Source: Podarcis melisellensis
Taxonomy: Eukaryota
Length of the DNA stretch: 64,000 nucleotides
Assembly: GCA_964234715.1 (NCBI GenBank)
Contig: OZ174278.1
Direction: 5' to 3' (one strand)
Shown here: piece after piece, positions 1-12,700 of the stretch
Layout of the letters: each line of letters opens with the position of its first letter
Position numbering within the stretch: position 1 is the first letter of the stretch
Program-made: the position numbers and the translations under genes
The notes under the pieces: generated by a model
The model's input: only the letters and a program-made list of their open reading frames with translations
Databases searched by the model: none
What the model was told of the DNA's origin: nothing

Positions 1-1692
1 TCCTCAAGTCTGCATCATCTGGAAACAACATCTCTCAGATAAGGATGCACCACACTTTTGTCTTGGCGCAGAGACATGCCAAAGACTAGGACCAACAAAG
101 AATCTCTTCTGAACAGAGAGATGAAAGCCTGCAAACCATGTGTGAAAGAAAACAGATGTATCATCTGCAGCAAAAGGTAAGATAGTGATAAGATAAGCTC
201 AGCCCCACCAAACTCACAAGAAATTATAAAGAAATTATTGTGCCATTTGAATGAGGGGAAAAAAGAGAAGCCTCTTTTGTGGAAGAAGAAACTTCTGAGA
301 ACTTGTAGGACAGGTAACACAGCACTTGAAGACACACACACACACATGGTTTGCAGGCTTTCATCTCTCTTTTTCTTTGTAGCATCAATAAGAGATCTTT
401 GTTGGTCCTAGTGTTTGGACACAGAGATTAAGAAAAATGAAAAGGCTGATATTTTCATGTTCATCTAAGTATGCAGAAGCGCCTGTATGTGCTTCATTTT
501 CATTTGAAAAGGAAGTGGCTTCTGTTCTGGTGGGATTGTTGCTGGGAAGTTAATCCTTGTTTTCACAGCTTATTTTGGCCCTTATGACTGAAACTTTACA
601 CAGCTTCCAAAAGGTTAATTTTTATTGTAGTTATGACAAAGCAGCTATCGTGTATATAACAGTGTCTTGCCAGCTGAGCTATGGCTTATCCTGGGGCTTA
701 CTACCCAGCTATTGGAATGGGCATGTTCATGTCAAGCTGAAGTCACATCTCATCAAAGGAAGGGCATTCAGACACTTTCTGGGACTAAGTGTTTTCTCCT
801 TTTTGAAAGACAGTGAGATTTCCATTGAGTGAAGAGAGATCAAAGGTATGGAGAGCAAAATGGGTATTTTTGCACTAAAGGTTTGCCAATGTATCATATG
901 GAGCAGCAGCAGCTAGCCTGGGGGGCAAGTGTGCCACAAATCAGCTCTGAGCATGAGACTAAGCTTCTCAGCTGCTCTCTGTAGTTCAGATACCCCTGAT
1001 GTTTTCATGTAGTTTTGCCTCTAGTCTACTGATCTGGACAGCAGGCAACAGCATAGCAGGACACAAGTACATGGAAGTGAAGGACTGATTTTAGGCCACA
1101 GCTGAGCCCTTGGATGCCACAAATACCTGCTACCTGTGCCATTTTGATCACTGATGCCACAGAATGGGCCACCATGATATAGGCCTAGGGAAGAATTCTA
1201 CCTCATGCTAAGTTCATCATTTCATCAACGCAAGCATTTCAGCTTGCCAGAAGGAATGACCCCCCTCCCCTCACATGCTCCCCAAACCAATTTTGGTATA
1301 TGAGGGAAGAGGACGGGGAAAGCCCAACTGCATGAGTCCTTGTGCAGGGACCTGTTAGGTGATTCCTGCCCTTTGTTCTTTCTCAGGTGCCAAATCCATA
1401 TCTGGCATATATCACTCACATTGAAGGTGGTGGAATAACCCTCCCTAAATAATAAAGTTCCTGCACATAGAAACCTAGCATGCTATGTAGACAGCGAGGC
1501 TAGAATGCCTCCACATTTCTTCCATTCTTCTCCAGTTCCTATGGAGAAGTAACCCTCCTCTCTCTTTCTCGCTCCATCTTGATCTTGTGAGCACACCTCC
1601 TGCCACACAGGTTTGCCACTTCACTGGGAACCAGGCCATAGGACAGGAAACTTTTTCATTATCTCGTGAGTAACCTTCCAGGGGCCACATAC

Positions 1693-2015
1693 CAGTGGTA
1701 GGAGAGGCCAGAGGCAAAAATGGATGGAGAAGCAGGTGTGATGCTTGATATAGTAGGTTGTAATCTAGCCATGTGGAAGTCAAAGGCTTCAATACACACA
1801 ACTGTTCATCTAGGATGCAGGAGGCATTATCACAGATCAAGGCCACATTCCAGGCAAAAGCTCTTAAGGATGGTCTAGAGTATGGCCAGTAAGAAGTGAA
1901 GCCTTGGGGGCAGGGATTGGTCGGGAGAAGAGGTGTTGCCGAGGGAGAGCGCCAAGGGCTCAATGAAGGGGCCTAGGCTAAATTTGGCCCCCAAATCTGG
2001 GGTTCCCCACCACTG
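1693..2015. mobile_element. Possible old hAT MITE
   Basis: Termini CAGTGGT...ACCACTG; flanking 8-mers match only 5/8. Confidence 0.4.
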
Positions 2016-4023
2016 CCATAGAGTTATTCTCTGACATTCTTAAAAGATGAACTACAGCTTCCTCCCATGGATCTACTTTCTACTCAACTATTGCTACTCT
2101 GGAATAAAGTGGCGAAGACATAGACTGCTGTGGCCAAAAATTGTAATTGGTAATGTTTGTGTTGGGTTATTTGAACCAAAGCAAGATTTCGCCAAACCCC
2201 CTTTGTAATAATTGTCATTCTCATGAGGATGAATAATTAAGAGAACCTTGGAATGATCCAATAAACCATAAACAGTAAACCAGAAGGATTCTATTACCTG
2301 CTGTAAAAGTCAAATTACATATGATTTTAGCATCAATAAAAGTGCCACAGTTTTATGACAGTTGCTTCATGACATTGGCAAGGGAAAGTGACTTTTATCA
2401 TCAAAATCCCTAAAGTATAAATGTGCTCTTTAAATACAGTTTAATGAATTCCTGCATCTTTGACAAGCACAGACGAGTTTTCTTTTTACAAATCTGTTGA
2501 CTGCTTTGTGAATTAAGGCTGAGTCCCTTTCCCAACAAATCTCAACACTGAACAGTGGCAAAGGTATTAAATGTGGGAGGGAACTGATTCATAACAGAAA
2601 TGTGTCAAATCTGTGTAAAAAAATACCTAAACTAAGATGCATTATAGTAGGAAAGCAAATCTGGATAGAACTGCCTAGTTTCCACTGGGGATCAACACTT
2701 TGCTGTCTTCTGTGGCAAAGGATGTGTTCACAAGAACAAAACAAACTGTGGGATTTGTTCCTACCACTGTATCACTTTTTTATTTTATAGCCTACTTTTC
2801 TAGTATGAGGTACTCCCAAGAGGTTTGTGCACAGAAACAACAGAAAGCATCACAAAAATATTAGAAAAAAATTCATTATATTTAAAGTACAGTATATCAA
2901 AGCGCCACTTTTTTATTTTGGTGGTTTCTATGAGCCCTGATTCTGATTGTATTGAACATACATGAAAGACAGGAAGGCTATATCATCTTCACACAGGATT
3001 TCAGGACTGCCTGTTTCTTTGGCCAACTTGCTGGTTCTGTGAACTGAGTGATCAACTAAAATCTATGGACATGATCTGAAGGGAAACAAGAATTAAAGGA
3101 GGAAATCCTTTGGCAATATCCATTTACAACTTTATTACCAGCTTGCCTTACACCAGCATTTTGTGCATAGGCTTGTTCCCAAAGGCTGCAATCATATGAG
3201 CACTGAAATGGGAGTAAATCCCATTGAATACAAAAGGACTTGAATCTCAATAAATATGCACAAAAGTGTGCTGTTAGAAAAATGCTTAACTCTTCTATAA
3301 AAACCATGTGTTCAGCTTTGGCTAGACTGTGTACCAATATTTTTTTGCTCTTGTCATTAAATATCCACTCTCTTTTACAAGTGCTTTTTCATAGCAAAAT
3401 GAATAAAAAAGAGTTATTACATTTAATTTGCACAAGAAAGGATTATGCTATTAAACAGAGCAAAATATTAAACTATAAGAGGAAAATAACCTCACAGATT
3501 CATGAAATTTGTTACAATTACCGCACCTTAATAATCTTCTTGATTTATAACCAAAGACCCGATAGAGAGAGGATGTTAATGTATTTGCTGCCCTCTAAAA
3601 CTGTATTGTCCTGGGTACTTGTTTTGAGTTGGCATAAATTTAAACTTTCAATAAAGCTCAGCACAAAGATTGGTCCTCATAGACTTAAAAGGAACATACA
3701 ACCACAGCAGGTGCTGTAACAATGGTTTGACTAAGGTTTTCTGAGGTTCTTTCCCACATGGTTTCCAAAACAATAGGAACAATCCAAAAACTCTTGTTTA
3801 TATATGCAAAACTCCAGGGTTCTTAAAGAAATTGCACAGCGAAGCAAAAACTTAAAATATGTATACAAGTCTCTATTTGACCTGAATAAATTTATATCTT
3901 ACCTTTCTAATAAAAAAGCTTTAAATGCAACTCTCAAAAAATAGTATATTAAAACTCGAAAGAACAATAAACTAAATAAAAATACATAACATAATAGCAA
4001 TGAAGATATGTGGTTAAAACCAG

Positions 4024-4121
4024 TGGGTGGTAGTCAACTATGTTTTATTCAGAGTAAACTCACTGACCTAACTTAGTGACGTTCATTTTACTCTGAGTAA
4101 AGGTTAGTTAAATATCACCCA
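4024..4121. repeat. Short palindromic interspersed repeat (MITE-like); related copies near 27185-27323 and 33150-33272
   Basis: TGGGTGGTAGTCAACTA...TAGTTAAATATCACCCA with an internal TCAGAGTA / TACTCTGA inverted pair; the TACTCTGA motif recurs at the other sites. Confidence 0.55.
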
Positions 4122-5870
4122 GCTTAATTTAGGGAGCAATCCTGCAGCAGGATGAGTGGGTTAGAATCCAGTGGATCTCTGACTAAGCCATAAACTGCTT
4201 GGCATAGCCAGAATATGACAGCTTAAATCACTCATCCTCAACTCAGCTGGTATATACAGGCAGCTGCCATTTTAGGTGCATCCAATATGTGCGCAACTGC
4301 ACATAGACACATCGCGCCAAACCCAGAATGACCTGAAAACGTCACAGAAATGTCACAAAAAGGGGTGGGGCCAGAGTGGAATGAAGTGTTTATGGGCTTT
4401 TGCAATGGTGTATTTCAAATACGTTCAGTGCCTCATCCCTCCCATCCCAGTTCTGCCAGCCCCAAGAGGATGAAACAAGTTAGGTGGCTCTTAAGCTAGT
4501 GTAAACCCTGAAAGGGGGGGGGGGTGTTCCAGGGGTGTGATGTGGTGAAACCAGGGGGGGGGGGTGAATTAGGTTGGACCCTAAGTCTGTTCAGCTTGGT
4601 CACATGATCTGGAAATCCACCATAATTTAAGCCAGCAAAAAGGGTGGCGTAATTCAAACAGTATTTTAGAGGCTTGTTTTCTCTCTCTCTGCCAGGATTA
4701 GGCTCGTTGCTGAATGGAGTTTGAATCTGTTATAACTTTGTGCTGCCATCTCTTACACTGACTTGCTTTATGCCAGCTTCTTGTGTTCCCAAAATCTCAA
4801 ATTCAGGCAAACATTATAAACTGCATTTGGACTTTGCCAGTAAAATATAACTGGGATAAAAACACTACTGTTTGAGAGACTTGAGAGATGCTTCTGCATA
4901 CTTAAGCAAAGATGTGAAGAAATCATTAAATCTTAATACTGTAATGTGTTACTAAATGCAATCATTTCAAACAACTCTCAGACTCAATATGAAATATTGC
5001 TGTGAAGAAATTTAGATAAATGATGCATTAGATATAGTTCAAGCCTGGCCAAGCAACCAGTTCAGGTGTTTTCCCAAATGGCCATCCTGGGAGAAGATCA
5101 ATGGATATCATCCCATGGTGTTGGAGGATGGAAGTAAAAACCATTTACCTTTTCACTAGCTACTAAGTCCTTTCAGATGGATAAACTACAGAGTGATCTC
5201 ATGTATTCTGATCTTTGGCAAGTCCCTAAGCCAGAGGATGTAACACAATTCTTAGTAGTAGCTGTTGTGGTGTAAGCAGTCTCCCTATGGCAAGAGATGT
5301 GAGTTAGGGAGCACTTGATAAAATCAATTTCAGCTTTCATGCTTGCTTTCCAAATTCTGCCTACAGAACATGACTGAGGATGGGCCTCAAGAGCGGAGCA
5401 AAAATAATCACCAGATAGGGCTAGTTGCTATAGACAAGTAGCCCCTGTCCTAGAGGAGAAGCCACAATTCTCCCAGTGTGAGGTTGTTCTCCTACGGATT
5501 GCAGATGGAGGAAACAGAAGCCCCCCTTAGACCTGGTAGGTGAGAAATCTATGTCAGGGTGTGACCATCTCACAGTGAGAAACCTATATGGATGAACAAC
5601 CATACGTCACCCCAGTCAGGGGGGGGGGGGGGATTTCACTAGGCTTTTGTTAATCACTAGGCTTACTGAAATGCCTTTTGCTCCCTAAGGAATTTCTTGT
5701 ATCTCCTCCACCCTCTTCTAATCAGGACCCTCCAAACTCATTGCAAGCATCACTTCAAGCTAAATTATCCTTCGGGTGCTTGTCCTCACACAACTGTCAT
5801 GCCTGAAGTCAGAAAGTGGAACCATGGCTGCTAGCATCACCCCCTTGAGTCCTCACCTTATGGAGGAAGC

Positions 5871-6513
5871 GAAGAAGAGGAAGAAGAAGAGGAGGAGGAG
5901 GAGTTTGCACTGGCGTAGCATGGGGGGTGCAGGGGGGCCAGCCGCACCGGGCGCAACATCTGGGGGGGCGCTCGCACTCGCAGCTCTCTGCCCCTACCTG
6001 GCTCACTCACTCTCTCTCACTGCAGTGCTGGCTGTGCAAATCCGATCCGAGCCGCCGGGTCGCCGCCCACTGTGGAGGGAGTGGGTGCCAGACGTGCGGT
6101 GCGGAGAGAGAGCGAGGAGAGAACCACACCAGACCAGACCAGGCAGCAGCAAGAAGAAGCTGGCAGGGACGGCAGGTTAGGGGTTAGGGGGCGCAAATTA
6201 CTTGCCTTGCCCCGGGTTAGGGGGCGCAAATTACTTGCCCTGCCCCGGATGCTGACAACCCACACTACGCCACTGGGAGTTTGGACTTGATATCCCACTT
6301 TATCACTACCCAAAGGATCTCAAAGCCACTAACCATCTCCTTTCCCTTCCTCCCCCACAACAAACACTCTGTGAGGTGAGTGGGACTGAGAGACTTCAGA
6401 GAAGTGCGACTGGCCCAAGGTCACCCAGCAGCTGCATGTGGAGGAGCGGGGAAGCAAACTTGGTTCACCAGATTATGAGTCCACTGCTCTTAACCATGAC
6501 ACCATGCTGGCTC
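5871..6513 (-). mobile_element. Squam3-type tRNA-derived SINE (body 6276-6513, (GAA/GAG)n tail 5871-5907), interrupted by the hAT element
   Basis: Minus strand starts GAGCCAGCATGGTGTCATGGTTAAGAGC (A-box), contains a GGGTGACCTTGGGCCAGTC core, and ends GGGATATCAAGTCCAAACTC followed by a (TCC/TCT)n tail. Confidence 0.82.
5908..6275. mobile_element. Non-autonomous hAT element (368 bp)
   Basis: Perfect 8-bp TSD GGAGTTTG (5900-5907, 6276-6283). TIRs CACTGGCGTAGCATGGG / CCCACACTACGCCACTG. Internal 33-bp tandem duplication at 6181-6246. GC- and CpG-rich. Confidence 0.9.
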
Positions 6514-8427
6514 ATGCCGAGCACTGAGTGACAAGGGTAACAGGCTCCTCTCGTCAGATCTTCTTCCCAATGGGTGGCTAGGAGGAGGAGGGGCCAGCAG
6601 AGACGTATGGTTGGAAATGCAGCCCCTCCATGCCCAAAGGGGGTTTAAGACATTTTGTCTTCCCTCAAAAGTCATCCAATCCAATCCAGTTTTTACTACA
6701 TTCACTGGCAAGCACCCTCCCCCTGCTCAATCTTGGTAAGAACTGTTTTATTTCTAGTATTCTGACAAGCAAATTCTCTCCATTCCTCCTATTACCTCCA
6801 CCCAAAATGCCAGATTAAGGTGGATCTGTTGCATTTGCAGCAGCAGGGCTTCGCAACAGACGATTGTGGGTGTCGAATTGTGGCCCTTCACAAATGAGTT
6901 GCCAGCTTGAAATGCAGTGGTTTATGTTAATGTTCCTTCCGAATCGTAGTTAAATGGGATTCATATGGGAAACCTCCTGACATTATCAGCAAGATTCTAC
7001 AGAGAAGTTCTATAGTGCAGCACAGTCTAGTCTGATACTACTAGAACTCTGCTTTGATTGTCAGATCCTCTGATCATCATTTCATTACTGCAAGGATCTG
7101 GCTTTGCCACTGGCTTGAATTCTGTACTTTGCCACCTTTTTTCTCAACCCCTCCCTCCCCCACTTCATTTCATCACAGGTCCTTTGAAATGACATCTATA
7201 TCACAGCTGCAACCTGGTGTCTGTCAAAACTAGAAGGATTTTTGATACTCCTACTAAGTGGCAACCCTGATATGTGCCTAAACGAAGCCCTCCAGAACTA
7301 CTCCACTGGAACAAAGGTTCCCTTTCCTGGTTTTGTTCTTTGGGATTCAGTTTCATGGCCTCAGGGTTCTCTCAAGAAATCTTAAACTCTGTTTCCTCTG
7401 CAATTTATCCATCTGTTTATCCCCCCTTTCTTTCAAGAGGGTCCTTCCTCTCAAAATTGGCTGCCTGTCAAAGATTGTTTACAATCTGATCAAGCTTATT
7501 TCAATAAATTGTTCCAGCTGCTAGAACACAATTTGTTTACAACTTCTGAAACGGCCTCCTTAATATGTGAAGCCAAAAATACAGTTGTCATTGAATTTTT
7601 TTCCTAAGTGAAAGCATCCGAGGGATTCTTTGGGAAGTCGAGAGTTCTGATAAATTCCTCAGAGGATATTTCAGATATCCTTAGCCAAGGGTCGAACTAA
7701 CTCCCATGTCATATCTTGACTAATGCCACTCCACTGGAAACATGCATGCAGAGGATTCAGAAGAATAATTACATGGACTGCTTATTAGCTGTCAAATCCA
7801 AAGGGTAGAAATTCAGTAAATAAATAAATAAAGAGGAGTACACAAAAAGAAATCTGCCGTGGAGCTGTTCATTGCCTTTACTTCTGCCCAACTTCTTGCT
7901 GAAACCTGAAACCTGAGCTAGGTAATACAGTACCTAAAGTTTGAATTTGTCTTATTTTGACCACCCCAGCTGTTCCATCAATGCTCTGAAACCTGACTTC
8001 AGAATTGTCCTATTGATTCAGAAACCCGGTAGCTGGATGTTTAAGCGTACTTCACTTTGCACGCAAAAGGGTAAAGCCGCTTGCTTCTGATCCAGGGAAT
8101 TCCTAGAGGAACTCAGGCTTCTCAACTGCCATTCTTTCAGAGCGTATGGCATATTGTTCTCTTTGAACAGGGCTAATGACCTATCATTTCAAGGGCTGCT
8201 TTTTATCTCTTCAGGAATGCTGCTAGACTGAAGCCACCTCTACCAATATAACTATTCTAAGCTTCTATTATCTCAGAGAGGAATCACTGCAGCTCATTGC
8301 AGGTTTGGAGGATACCTCACTGTTCTGGATGGTTCGGCAGCTCTTAGAAAATCCATTGGTCTTAATGGTTTCCTTGTGATAAAAACTGACTTAAAGTTAT
8401 ATCTCGGTAACAGTATATACATTAGAC

Positions 8428-8652
8428 CTGCCATGTCCAACAGGTAGATTGCAGTCTACTGGTAGATCGCGTGGCGTTCCTGGTAGATCCTGTTAGATCT
8501 CTGGCCCCTTAGTGATCCCCTTAGTGATCCCCTAAAAAAAGCTCAACAACTTCAGTAGATCATAGCCAGTCTTTTTATGACAGTGGGTAGATCACTGCCA
8601 GTTTTTTTATACTGTTAGTAGATCACAGTCTATTGGGAGTTGGATATCCCTG
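8428..8652. mobile_element. hAT (Charlie-like) MITE
   Basis: Near-TSD CATTAGAC / CATTAGAA, imperfect TIRs CTGCCATGTCCAAC / GTTGGATATCCCTG, repeated GTAGATC sub-terminal motif. Confidence 0.75.
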
Positions 8653-9048
8653 CATTAGAATCTGAACATCTATTTGAAAAAGCAACCTTCTTGTTATGAT
8701 TGCTGGCAGGGCCACTACGGACTCCAACCTACACAAGCTCCAAACAGCCATCTATGTGCCATTTTAATTTCCCACCTTGCTCTGTAGTGACACTTCATCA
8801 GGGCATTATGGGAAATTAAAATGGTAGCTAGGCTCAGCCACACAACAAAGATCTGAATGCTGCTACCAGCCACTGCTAGCCCAGTGAAAATGTGGGTTTC
8901 CCTTAAACAAGTCAGATTAACTAACCAGAAATATGCCCTAACCTAGAATATAGAAATATCTTCCTACTCAAGGAGTGTAACAGAACACAAAGGAAGATAA
9001 ACTGTATTCCATTCCTAGTTCCTTGCTGTGGAAACAAAGTCAGAATAA

Positions 9049-9191
9049 NNNNNNNNNNNNNNNNNNNNNNNNNNNNNNNNNNNNNNNNNNNNNNNNNNNN
9101 NNNNNNNNNNNNNNNNNNNNNNNNNNNNNNNNNNNNNNNNNNNNNNNNNNNNNNNNNNNNNNNNNNNNNNNNNNNNNNNNNNNNNNNNNNN
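9049..9191. other. Assembly gap (143 N)
   Basis: Run of N. Confidence 1.
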
Positions 9192-9533
9192 ACCCATAAA
9201 TAAAGATTTACATATAAAGTCTAAATGCAGTGTCAATAAATATATGGTTTTTCCGAGATCACAAATTTCATTCAAACTAAAATACACAGATTTATATAGC
9301 ACCTCTAACTGTCTACATAGACCAGCAGAACCTCTGAGATAATTTCCCACCGGTCCCTTCCTGAAGTAGGGGAGGTGCAGTGGTTGTAACAGTTGCAAAT
9401 TTTGGCTACCTACGAATACCTGCCAAAAAGTTATTACACTGCTCCCACATACTACTTTTGATGTAAAATTATATGAAATCTGGTAAGAAAATTAAATGTT
9501 AAACAAAAACTCCACCCCATAGTAAATACTGTA

Positions 9534-9765
9534 GAGGCGGTGGGGGATAATGGTTAGAGTGCTGGACTTGGATCTGGGAGTTCAAATCCCTACTCAGCCA
9601 TGACATTCCCTGGGTGACCCTAGCCAAGACACTGCCTCCCAGCCTGATCTACTTTATAGGGTTACTGTGGTGATTAAATGAGGGGGGGGGCGAGTAACCA
9701 TTTATGCAACCTTGACCTCCTTGGAGAAAAAGGTGGGATATAAACACAACAGATAAATAAATAAT
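9534..9765 (+). mobile_element. tRNA-derived CORE/Squam3-like SINE, diverged
   Basis: A-box ATAATGGTTAGAGTGCTGGACT, B-box GTTCAAATCCC, GGGTGACCCTAGCC core, GGGATATAAA and AAAT tail. Confidence 0.75.
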
Positions 9766-12700
9766 AGGAGTAGTTCAACATGAAGGATTTTTTTTTTAAT
9801 GGCATTTCCCAAAATGTCAGATGACAAATCAATCTTGATGTGGCGCTAGTAACTGTAAAAGTGTTTATGCTGCCTGATTGTGAACTGCCATTGTCCATCA
9901 GGAACAAGCGAACAAAACAACAATAACATCATTCTGGCCACTCAACTAAGCTCATTTTAACATTTGAAGGCAGCTTGATCTGCCTGGCTCAAAGAAAACA
10001 ACAATCCTCTAAGAACTTCAGTAGGCCTGGAAGTTTACTGATATCCGAAGCAAAGAGAAATTGTCAGGGGACTCCAGAAGCTGCTATTAGATGACATAAC
10101 CCACATGGAACTGCTGTCCTCCCAGAAGTGCCTCATTCTTTCCCACCTAGAATTCGGCAGCGCAGCTGATCAGTGTAAACATGTTTCCTCCCAACAGCTA
10201 CCCTGGGCCTTTGGTTTTCACCTATCCCCAGCTGGCATCTCCGTCTGATGCTGAAGGCAGACACCGGCCATGCTGTTCACTGCACAATGACAGGCGAACA
10301 AAAGAACAAACAAGCTGGAGAGATTTGAAACATGGGAGCTTGGGGACCCGTGTGAGTTTCACTGTGCCACTGTGAACCTCCCACTAAATATAAAAAGCTG
10401 TTCTCTTCAGTGAAGGAAGCCAATAACAAACGGCTTTCCTTATGTCTCTGAGTAAACCCTTTGGGAGTCAGGAAACAGCAGTGTGTGGAACTCCGCACAC
10501 ACACACAAACACCCTTGGACAGATTTGATATCCATACTGCCAGGTGCCATAAGCTCTGTTGAGGCCAGGTGACACCTGGCAAGCATTTAGCTTGAGAAAA
10601 GGGTGTTGGGGGGGGGAGAGCTTTTTGTTTGTTGGTCTGCCAGATATTGTATTTCAAAGGGCTCCTGATCATTGAGGATTTTTAATACATCAGTTGTCTG
10701 TCCCCTTGTTTTGCATACGTCTTCATGATTTCATGTCAAGTTAGGTACCGGAGACAGATGGAGCAAATCTCCCACGAGTATTTGGCAGTAAATTCCAAAG
10801 TGCCAATGCATCCAGAAAAAAAATTCAATACTGTTTTCCCCTTGCTGTTGAGAGTGCTCAACAACTTGCTGGTTCTTGTATCATGTGAAACGATGCAACA
10901 CACATTATGTTGAAATTATCAAGCAAATTGTGGTGTTAACATTAATCCTTCAAGAAACTCCACCCCTTTTGCATGCTAATCCAAAAATCAGCCCATGCAA
11001 TCCTTTTGATGTGGCTGGATGATGGAGGATGGAAGATGCTCGGCTGAGTGTTCCAAAATTAAAGTAAGGTGGCAGTGAAGAGCAGTGAACCTCAAGTTGG
11101 TGCAAAATGGGGGGAGGGGGTATATACTGGTATTGAACAATATCCTTCTTCATGGACAACAATTCTGTTTGGTTGCTGCCTTTGCTGTTCTTAGATTGTT
11201 GCTGACATTCCATTTTTATATACTGTGAGCCACTTTCAACAGCTGTGCCCCCCAAAGTGACCGATCATTTTAATTGAAAACAACAACATTGCAGCACTTC
11301 CTCCTTAAAAGCGAAACACCTTAAAAAGTGATTCCTGAAGAGAAGTGTCTCTAGGGAAGTCCATGTGTTTCATTATTACCTCAGATGGTCTCAGGGGAGA
11401 CACAGATGAGAGAACCTGAAAGTCAGATTGCTGCTCAGCTGCTGAAGATCCCTGATTGACCTTGGGTCTCTTATTAACCCTAAACTACCTCAACAATTGT
11501 TGTGCTTGTGAAATGGGTCAACCCCATATATTCCATAAGCTCAAGTCTTGCAAGGAATAGTAAATAAAATTATATTCAGACAGACTCCAGCAATCAGATG
11601 GCAAAAATAAATTAAAGTGCAGATATAAATGATTTTAGGGTGAACTTCATAAATGTATCCTTGAAACAAAAAGCCTCTTACAAGGACAACAAAGTATTTA
11701 GTCAGTTGTAGCAATGCTGCAAAATACTCTTCCTTGTTATACTGGTTTGGAACTACTGTAACATGCTTTTCCCCATTCCTATAGTAGTTTCATTTCACTC
11801 TACTACTCATAAATAATGAAGTCAGCATATACTGATAAAAATAAATCTAACAATTCAGGGAAGAGAAAAAGCTAACAGAGACAGTCACGAAGAGAAGGGG
11901 GGGAGAGGCAAGCCTGTGCTTTGCAAAAGTATCTATAGTATACAGTCACTGAGAAATACAATAAGATAATAAGCTTCCCAAACAATTTGAAGGGACATAT
12001 GCTTTTTTTAAAAAAAATTCTTGCACATCACTCACTCCCATTCATTTAAAAAGCAAAGCAAGAAGAAAAGAATTTACTCCTGCCTCTCTTAAAATACACA
12101 AACTGAGTACAAAAAGTAACCCTAATCTCGCATTCTTTAGAAATCTTCCAATTTGCAGATCCCAGTTCTGGAGAGGAAACTCAGGAGGTTCAAATGACTT
12201 CAGGGAGATGCACAGAGACGATCATCCGAAGCACAGGTGGTACAGCCAGGGGTGCACACTCACAGGCCGAGATCCCTTGCCAACTATGCTGCTTTTCTTG
12301 GTTGGCAGCTAGAATAACTCAAGGAGCTTGGACTATAACCAAGCGCCTCATTCCCTTGATGATAAACCACTTGCTACATTCTGCCTTAGTTCTTGGTAAT
12401 CTAGCCATTGCTGGGATTCATGCAGAAGATACCAAGTGATGCTTCAGCAAAGCGGCTGGAACATTCCCTCTTAAGTCCCTTGGGTTTGCTCTGCTCAAGA
12501 AATTAGGAAGTAGAGAGGAACACATTCTTGATACTACAGAGACAACAGAAGAGAGTCAACATTTGCCAAAATTATAATATCCTAGAAGTCCAAGAAGTTG
12601 TGACTCACTTATTTCAGCTGTGGTTCAAGATTTCCTAGCCTGGCTTTGCCCCTTGTCCTGGCCTAGTAGCCTGCTTTTTAGACTAGCATGTTGCTTTCCA

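Noticed and set aside
3240-3719. 159-aa ORF; likewise other 60-180 aa ORFs outside the LTR element and the L1 fragment
   Set aside because: Many have non-ATG starts, and none shows domain motifs or protein-like composition; consistent with chance.
6181-6246. 33-bp direct repeats with GGGTTAGGG (CRISPR-like or telomeric)
   Set aside because: Two adjacent copies with no spacers inside a MITE, and too few telomeric hexamers to be an array.
5776-6313. GC-rich ORF cluster with KKRKKKRRRR, or a CpG-island promoter
   Set aside because: Fully explained by a SINE microsatellite tail plus a TSD-bounded hAT MITE.
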